This document shows, one piece after another, positions 57,745-64,000 of a stretch of DNA of 64,000 bases. The translations under genes were made by a program, and so were the position numbers. The stretch lies in NCBI GenBank assembly GCA_041690975.1, contig JBEPVO010000001.1:811-64810 (forward strand). The letters are read 5' to 3'. Numbering within the stretch: the first letter of the stretch is position 1; every line of letters begins with the position of its first letter. Below the pieces are notes generated by a model that worked only from the letters and a program-made list of their open reading frames with translations, was not told where the DNA came from and did not search any database. The DNA is from Alphaproteobacteria bacterium. Lineage in GTDB: Bacteria > Pseudomonadota > Alphaproteobacteria > Micropepsales > Micropepsaceae.

Positions 57745-57760
57745 GTTAATAAATGGTTAA
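57745..57760 (-). promoter_or_regulatory. CtrA binding site TTAA-N7-TTAAC
   Basis: Minus strand reads TTAACCATTTATTAAC, a full consensus match upstream of the methyltransferase; extra half-site GTTAAC at 57776-57781. Confidence 0.7.
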
Positions 57761-57831
57761 TACCGTACAGAAGTAGTTAACGTCAAGTTTTTTCAATGTA
57801 ATTTGGGGCCGCGAAGCTGGAAAAGCGTGGT

Positions 57832-58704
57832 TTACGCGGTCAAATCGTCCGTAGGCGGTCGATTGTGACCCGATTGCGGCTCATTGCGAATGGCAAGAGC
57901 CTGGCGAGTGACCGCAGGCAGGACTCCTGCCTTGTCCATCGCTGATTTTACGTCTTTCTGGATGGACGCCATCGCCTCCCAATAATCGCTGCTGACGACA
58001 TGGCCACGCACGAACATCACCATCGTGTATTCTTGCAAGGACGATACGCCCACTGACGGTTCAGGGTGCTTCAGCACATGCGTGTTGGCGGCCAGCGCCT
58101 CGACGAGGATCTTCTCCACCGTCTCGACATCGTTGATGACATCAACCGGCACCGTGAAATCGATGCGGCGGCGTGGCTCTCGCGTGTAATTGATGATGGT
58201 GGTCCCGAACACGGATGAGTTCGGGATCGAGACATAGACCGCGTCGCGCGTCACAAGGACGGTGGTGAAAAGCCCGATCTCCCGCACGGTGCCTTGGCGG
58301 TTGTTGATTTCGACGAATTGGCCGACGCGGAATGGTCGCAGGACCAGGAGCATCACGCCGGCCGCGACATTCGACAGCGTCCCTTGCAGGGCGAGACCGA
58401 TCGCAAGGCCGGCCGCGCCCATCACGGCGATCAGTCCGGTGGTTTGGACGCCGAACTGGCCTAGCACCAGAATGAAAGTCAGGATCAGGACTGCGTATCG
58501 GAAGAGCGACCCCAATAGAGGCTTGAGCGTCAGGTCGATTGGCAGGTGCTCAAGCCCCGCCATCACCCATCTCTTGACATAAGTGGCCAGCATCCAGCCC
58601 ACGACCAGGATGGCGATGGCCACCAGAAAACGCACGCCGCCATCCACCAGTAGTAATTGCATCTGGACGAGGAATGGCTGAGCGGTTTGGGCGGCGGGCG
58701 GCAT
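57832..58704 (-). CDS. Small-conductance mechanosensitive channel (MscS family)
   Basis: GAAGLAIGLALQGTLSNVAAG, RPFRVG, GTVREIGLF, IPNS, INYT. Confidence 0.93.
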   Translation of the reverse strand: MPPAAQTAQPFLVQMQLLLVDGGVRFLVAIAILVVGWMLATYVKRWVMAGLEHLPIDLTLKPLLGSLFRYAVLILTFILVLGQFGVQTTGLIAVMGAAGLAIGLALQGTLSNVAAGVMLLVLRPFRVGQFVEINNRQGTVREIGLFTTVLVTRDAVYVSIPNSSVFGTTIINYTREPRRRIDFTVPVDVINDVETVEKILVEALAANTHVLKHPEPSVGVSSLQEYTMVMFVRGHVVSSDYWEAMASIQKDVKSAMDKAGVLPAVTRQALAIRNEPQSGHNRPPTDDLTA

Positions 58705-58767
58705 GGCAATTCCAGGGCTTGCCGGTCTTAAACGCGCGAAAGGGAACAAAGGGTTCCGGGCTGGAAC

Positions 58768-60031
58768 TTAGCGATGCCGATTGACCCGGGATGCGGCGTT
58801 CAGAATGCCCAGATATTCCATGATCGCGCCCGACATCACTTGCGCCTGACGGGCGATTTCCGGAATCGCCGTGATTTCCCACCAATGGCCGCGGGTCAAT
58901 GCGCCCATCGCCAGAAGCGAGGGCTGGGCGGTGCCACTCTTGTCCAGAACGCGGTTCCTGGCATCCACATCCAGGCCGACGCCTGCATCGGTGCTGCGCG
59001 CGAGCCGCGACGCGACAAGATTTTCGATCAGGCGATCATGGGTTTTTTCCGGATTGGGATTGGGGCCGGTACAATTGATGACGTGATCCACTGGCACGTC
59101 GATGATGCGATCGCCTCTTGCGATCTGTGCGATCATGCCGCGTTGCGCCGGCTTCAGATGGCGGAGCCGGCCTTTCAGTACGTGAATATTATCCGCCAAG
59201 CCGTGGCCCAGATATTCCCCCACCGCCGGCGCCAGACGATGGCGATGCACATTCCAATGCGTGACGCAGTGACGAAGGAAGCGCTTTTTCTCCGCAACCG
59301 GGAACGACAGCCAGATCTCGGGCCAATGGGGCCGCATCGCGTCCATCAACCCCTGCCAGTGGGCGGCAGCGGGAGCAGGGCCCAAGTGCGTGCGCATGGC
59401 CCGCAGAAAATTTCGTACGGTTTTCGGGAAGGGCTGCGAAAGGCGTGAAGACGGGATGGTCTCCACATGGGGTTGGGGCAGAAAGCCATGCCGCGACAGA
59501 AGATGGATCTTCCCGGCATGTCCGCGATCCTTGAGGCCGATCGCGACATCGATAGCGGTCAATCCACTGCCCAGGATCAGCACGTCCCGGTCCTTTTGCA
59601 GATTATGCTCCGCTCAGGGATCGTCGCTGATGCGGTTCGCGAGGTTCGGGGAATGATGTGCGGCGACCGGCGGCGGTAGGTCATTTCCGGTCGCCAGTGC
59701 TACGAGATGGCATTCACGGCGCCGCATCATGGGCAACGATCCAGCCCAAATGTTTCTTCATCAGGCTTTTGACTTCGCCCTGGATGAAACGGACTTCTAG
59801 ATCCGGATTGGATTGAAGGGTCGTATCCAGAAGTTCGGGCAGATAGGCGCCATATAAGTTTCGCGGGACGAAGCTTTGCGCCCAGCGCTGCACCGCGACG
59901 CCGCGCCCGGCCTGTGCATTCTTGCCGATGACGACGATGGAAAGGTCTTTCCCGGCCTGGCGCGCCAGGGCGCAGACCAGCAAGACGGCGCTCGCGCCGT
60001 TTCCGCACAGGACGAGTGTTCTGCGACTCAT
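58768..60031 (-). pseudogene. Disrupted FAD/NAD(P)-binding oxidoreductase (YdhS-like)
   Basis: N-terminal Rossmann motif LCGNGASA and FVPRNLYGAYL in one frame; frameshift near 59720 into LVALATGN; in-frame TGA at 59616-59614 where DPW is expected; continues as ILGSGLTAID..LSRHG..HRHRLAP..INCTG..WEITAIPEI. Confidence 0.8.
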
Positions 60032-60579
60032 GAAATACCGAAACCTGAAAAAGGGGACGTTGTTCCATCCTTCAAATAGCAGCGCGCCGCAACAGAGTAT
60101 CGATGCGGTGGTTCGGCAAGAAAGCCGGAAAAATCATCCTGAAATTTGCCTCCGGCAATAATCTGAATGCGGGCTGTTTTATCACGCCAGGCTTTTGAAC
60201 ATATCGAACTCTCGCACGGCATCGCGGCCAATAGACGATAATATGAGTTGCCGTATTGCGGCCTTACATGGAATTTACACGTCATTTCTCCGAAAAAAAG
60301 CCAGTGTTTCAAGGCGGTTGCATCGTGCGATGCTTTTGCGATGTTTTTTATATTTTGTTCCCGTGCATTTGCGGCTATATGACTCCCGCATGCCCACTTG
60401 ATCTGATCCGGCATGATTTTTGGATTGGCGCGATGTTCGAACGCGCCATCGGCCGAAGCGATCCTTGAGGATCCAAAGCGGTTTTTCGGCAGAAGGAATT
60501 TGTTTTGTCCGATAGATGTTCGCCTGTCAGTTCGACACCTGTCAGTTCGGCAATTGCGCTGCGCGCCCGCGCGGCGGCG

Positions 60580-61425
60580 ATGCCTGCGCTGCTGCCGACG
60601 CGGAATTTCACGCGCTTGCTGCTTCTGGGCGGCGCAACCTTGGCCCTGATCGGGGCGCTGCATCAGCTTCACACGCCGTCCTTGTCGACTTCCGTGCCGG
60701 AAAACGCCGCGGCGCGCGTCATCAGCGAAGCAATTCAGAAACCTGCGCAACCGTCCGTTTTCGTGCAGGAACAGACGATGCCGTCGTCCGCTCTGATGGC
60801 GCGTTGGGAACCGGTGATCCAGGACGCGTCACGCAGATTCAAGATTCCCGCGGAATGGATTCGCGCCGTCATGCGCCAGGAAAGCGGCGGCCGCACCATG
60901 CTGGCCGAAAATCTTCCCATCGTGTCGTCGACCGGCGCGATGGGTATCATGCAGGTAATGCCAGGTACCTATACCGAGATGGCGTCGCAATACCGCCTGG
61001 GCGGCGATCCCCATAACCCGCGCGACAATATCTTTGCCGGCACCGCCTATCTCAAATGGCTACATTTCAAATACGGCTATCCGGCCATGTTCGCGGCCTA
61101 TAATGACGGGCCGGGAAATATCGAAGGCCATCTACATCGCGGCCGTCCGCTTCCGGCGGAGACACGCGGCTATATCGCTCATATCGCAAAATCGCTGGGC
61201 GACAAGACGGTCGCCGCCGATCTCACGAAGGTGGCGCTGACCCAGCCCGACGGCACCAAGGTGACGGTCGATGCCAATAAGGTGACGGCCGTCCATCCGG
61301 CGATACCAGGCATCTACGCGGCGTCGGTGAAATCAGTGGTCACTATCGGTAAGCTCAATCGCGGCGTGCGCGAGGATGTGGCCGAAGCCACATCGCTGCT
61401 CCGCGGCCACGGCGCCAAACTCTAG
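60580..61425 (+). CDS. Lytic transglycosylase (SLT domain) with extra C-terminal domain
   Basis: N-terminal TM; WIRAVMRQESGG, GAMGIMQVMP, NIFAGTAYL, AAYNDGPG, ETRGY; start uncertain. Confidence 0.88.
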   Translation: MPALLPTRNFTRLLLLGGATLALIGALHQLHTPSLSTSVPENAAARVISEAIQKPAQPSVFVQEQTMPSSALMARWEPVIQDASRRFKIPAEWIRAVMRQESGGRTMLAENLPIVSSTGAMGIMQVMPGTYTEMASQYRLGGDPHNPRDNIFAGTAYLKWLHFKYGYPAMFAAYNDGPGNIEGHLHRGRPLPAETRGYIAHIAKSLGDKTVAADLTKVALTQPDGTKVTVDANKVTAVHPAIPGIYAASVKSVVTIGKLNRGVREDVAEATSLLRGHGAKL

Positions 61426-63041
61426 ATACGGCTGGTGCCGCTTTCGGCGGCGTGGCGTATGCGGCTCTCGTCCAGATCCAACTCGCGTTCGATGCGCCGC
61501 CGCGCATCGTCTTCCAGCGCGCCCTTCTTGTAGAGATCGGTGATTGCGACGCGTTCGGCATTGAGGAATTCGAGTTGCAGGGCAGTGGAGCGGGCGACGG
61601 CCTCGCCGCTTTCCAGATCACGGCAGGCGGCCACGAAATAGGCCCGCCGGTCACCATGACGGCGCCGCAGAATATCCACGGTCTCGGGCGCCAGGCCGGC
61701 GCTCTCCAGCCGGTCCAGCCGCGCCAGCGCCGCATCGATGCCGGCCACGCGCGCCTGAACTTCGTGCTGCTTGGCGATATCGGCTTCGCGCTTGCCCAGA
61801 TCGGTAAGGCCGAGCTTCTGGACCACCCAGGGAAACGAAAACCCTTGTCCCACCAAAGTGGCGAGGATCACGCAGAAGGTCACCAGCAGCAAAAGGCCTC
61901 GTTCGGGAAACGGCGCGGCTCCTGACATCAGCGGAATCGACAGCGCGGCGGCCAGCGAAACCACGCCGCGAATGCCGGTGAAGGCGATGGTGAAAGTCTC
62001 CTGCCAAGGCGGCGCGGGATTCTGCTTGCGCCAGCTCGGCCAGAGCCAGCAGGGCAGATAGGTGCCGGTGAAAACCCAGATGAAGCGAACCAAGATGATC
62101 ACAGCGGTGACGGAAACCGCCGCCAGTCCCAGCCGCATCCAGTCCGCTTGACCCAGGGAATCCACGATGATGGGCGCCTGCAACCCGGTCAGCAGAAAGA
62201 TCACGCCCTCGATCAGATAGACCACCAGATCCCAAACGAAATACCCTTGCAGCCGCGTGGCGGGCGATATGAAGCGGGGGCCGTTGTAGCTAACGAAGAG
62301 GCCCGCCGTAACCGCTGCCAGCACGCCGGAACCGCCCAGGCTTTGCGGCACCCAGAAGGCGGCGTAGGGCGTCAGCATCGCCAGCACGATTTCCACGCGC
62401 GGCTCATGTGCGTGGCGGCGCAGGATCAGTGCAACAAAACCCACCGCTATGCCCCAGGCGATTTCGCCGGCCACGATGGCGGCGAAGCTGCCGACGGCTT
62501 CGGCGGGAGAGAACCGGCCGCCCAGGACCACGGCCGAGACGGCAAAGCTGAACAAGATCAGCGCGGTTGCGTCGTTGACCAGGCCTTCGCCTTCCAGAAT
62601 GGTGAGAACCCGGTTGGGAACGGGAAACCGCTTGGCGATGGCCATCGGGGCCACGGCGTCGGGCGGCGCCACGATGGCGCCCAAGACAAAGCCTACCGAC
62701 CAGGTGAGGTCGAGAAGATAGCGCGCCACAACGGCAACCGAGGTGGCGGTGAACAGCACGCAGCCCACCGCCAGCAGCAGGATGGGCCGCAGATGGGCTC
62801 GAAAGCCTTTCCAGCTCATGCCGACACCGGCCGAATAGAGCAGCGGCGGCAACAGCAAGGTGAGGACAAGGTCCGGCCTGAGCGCGATGCGCGGCACCCC
62901 CGGAATGAACCCGATTCCGACGCCGACCAGGACCAGAAAAATGGAGGGCGGGAGATTGGTGCGCCGGGCTGCCACGGCGGCCAGCGCGGTCACAGCGACC
63001 AGGCCAAAGCCGATGGGAAGCGCTGGCAGTATCACGGACAA
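61422..63041 (-). CDS. Na+/H+ antiporter (CPA1 family)
   Basis: LPPLLY, PPDAVA, ILEGEGLVNDATAL, SGVLAAV, GIRGVVSLAAALSIP, C-terminal RELDLDE. Confidence 0.93.
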   Translation of the reverse strand: MSVILPALPIGFGLVAVTALAAVAARRTNLPPSIFLVLVGVGIGFIPGVPRIALRPDLVLTLLLPPLLYSAGVGMSWKGFRAHLRPILLLAVGCVLFTATSVAVVARYLLDLTWSVGFVLGAIVAPPDAVAPMAIAKRFPVPNRVLTILEGEGLVNDATALILFSFAVSAVVLGGRFSPAEAVGSFAAIVAGEIAWGIAVGFVALILRRHAHEPRVEIVLAMLTPYAAFWVPQSLGGSGVLAAVTAGLFVSYNGPRFISPATRLQGYFVWDLVVYLIEGVIFLLTGLQAPIIVDSLGQADWMRLGLAAVSVTAVIILVRFIWVFTGTYLPCWLWPSWRKQNPAPPWQETFTIAFTGIRGVVSLAAALSIPLMSGAAPFPERGLLLLVTFCVILATLVGQGFSFPWVVQKLGLTDLGKREADIAKQHEVQARVAGIDAALARLDRLESAGLAPETVDILRRRHGDRRAYFVAACRDLESGEAVARSTALQLEFLNAERVAITDLYKKGALEDDARRRIERELDLDESRIRHAAESGTSRI

Positions 63042-63077
63042 TCCCCCTTCGCGGCCGCGAAGGCCGGAAGAGGAGAC

Positions 63078-63193
63078 TAGAGCAAAATCGCCACCAAGGG
63101 CGATTTTGCTCTAAATTTTTTCTTTGTCGCGCGATCTGGTGGAAAATGCCGCGCTACGCTGCCGCTAGCGACCACACTTTTCCGGATTGCGCT
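63078..63193. repeat. Palindromic intergenic element: 15-bp perfect hairpin plus RIME/MITE-like tail
   Basis: TAGAGCAAAATCGCC-accaag-GGCGATTTTGCTCTA (63078-63113), a T-run, then imperfect arms gcgcgatctggtggaaaa...cttttccggattgcgc. Confidence 0.5.
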
Positions 63194-63198
63194 CCGTC

Positions 63199-63999
63199 CT
63201 ATTGTTGTGCGACCTGCTTGCGCAGAGACGTGATGTCTTTCGACGTCAGCTTGGCACCCTCGGCGCCGAACCGGGCAGTGACATAGTTCGCCACATCCGC
63301 GATCTCGTCGTCGGAATAGGCCGTGCCGAATGCCGGCATGAAGATTTTTCCGTTCACCGTGGTGCGGTCCACGCCGGCGATGATGGTCTGCGCCACATTG
63401 GTGGCGGAGGGATCATTGACGGCACGGGCACCAGTGAGGGTGGCGTATTTGTTCACTGGGCTGACGCCAGTCCAGTCATGACAGCTGGCGCAGGCGCCGG
63501 CGAAGATTTTCTCGCCGCGCGTGTCCAGACCCGCTGTCACGCCTTCGCGATGCGAGACGGGTGCCGGGACATTGACGGTGCGGGGCAGGTCGCTGTCCTG
63601 CGCCGGAACGCTGCGCAGATAGACTACCAGGGCTCGGATATCGCCCGCCGTCAGAAAGGTCAGGCTGTTATCGGAGGCTTCGCCCATCGGGCCGCCCGCG
63701 CCGCCATGGCCGTCGGCATGGCCGGTGGAGAGGAAGCTTGCGATGTCGTTGTCGTTCCAAGCGGCCAAGCCCGCCTTCTGGTCGGCAGTGATATTGTAGG
63801 CGCGCCAGCCGGCAGTGAGTGCGCCGGCGAATTTACGCCGGTTGTTCACGGCAAAGGCCAGGTTGCGGGGCGTGTGGCATTCGCCGCAATGGCCCATCGC
63901 TTCGGCCAGATAGGCGCCGCGATTCCACTCAGCGCTCTGCGCGGTGTTGGGCTGGTAACGTTCATTGGCGTTGTAGAATGTATTCCAGAACGCCATCAG
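63199..63999 (-). CDS. Multiheme cytochrome c subunit (gluconate/alcohol dehydrogenase type), 5'-truncated
   Basis: CxxCH motifs CGECH and CASCH; RGAYLAE, GWRAYNIT, MPAFG..SDDEIADVANY. Confidence 0.9.
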   Translation of the reverse strand: MMAFWNTFYNANERYQPNTAQSAEWNRGAYLAEAMGHCGECHTPRNLAFAVNNRRKFAGALTAGWRAYNITADQKAGLAAWNDNDIASFLSTGHADGHGGAGGPMGEASDNSLTFLTAGDIRALVVYLRSVPAQDSDLPRTVNVPAPVSHREGVTAGLDTRGEKIFAGACASCHDWTGVSPVNKYATLTGARAVNDPSATNVAQTIIAGVDRTTVNGKIFMPAFGTAYSDDEIADVANYVTARFGAEGAKLTSKDITSLRKQVAQQ

Positions 64000-64000
64000 G

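Noticed and set aside
5841-57749. Long antisense or alternate-frame ORFs (e.g. 5841-7058, 8625-10271, 19485-20798, 41648-43021, 47817-49385, 56529-57749)
   Set aside because: They lie opposite well-supported genes, have no recognisable motifs, and are typical shadows of GC-rich coding sequence.
59614-59616. In-frame TGA as selenocysteine or programmed readthrough
   Set aside because: The position corresponds to Trp rather than Cys, and the gene has other lesions.
1-64000. CRISPR arrays, tRNA/rRNA genes, IS elements, prophage
   Set aside because: I recognised no regularly spaced repeats, RNA gene signatures, transposases or phage genes; a very short or degenerate element could have been missed by eye.

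Overview
A 64-kb GC-rich chromosomal segment, most consistent with an alphaproteobacterium (CtrA-type boxes, tandem cold-shock protein, PAS_5 protein, cobalamin riboswitch before metE). It holds about 52 genes. I saw no rRNA, tRNA, CRISPR array, integrase or transposase. Main blocks: (1) the 3' part of an EPS priming sugar transferase; (2) a LacI-regulated sugar locus (GH172, ABC transporter, fucose-isomerase-family protein, GH32-like hydrolase, FGGY/ribulokinase), possibly for D-arabinofuranosides; (3) an AgaS/APC permease/GatZ/PfkB amino-sugar or tagatose locus; (4) the most notable region, 21.5-29.1 kb: two paralogous membrane-anchored TIR proteins with different periplasmic domains next to a coupled 2TM-RCK-RCK-RyR channel-like gene and a SLOG-SLATT gene, a candidate Thoeris-like transmembrane nucleotide-signalling or defence system; (5) a small LysR/tandem-GNAT/isochorismatase-like/ACP/acyl-ligase/condensation-domain cluster sharing a palindromic box, with a second GNAT paralog at 13-14 kb; (6) metE with its riboswitch, a hybrid kinase, gabD, glpDK and suyAB-comC-like genes; (7) fadL, a membrane histidine kinase and a PhcB-like methyltransferase with a CtrA box, a candidate fatty-acid methyl ester quorum-sensing module; (8) mscS, a pseudogene, an SLT protein, a Na+/H+ antiporter and a partial cytochrome c. 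All family calls come from motif recognition by eye; no database searches were run.
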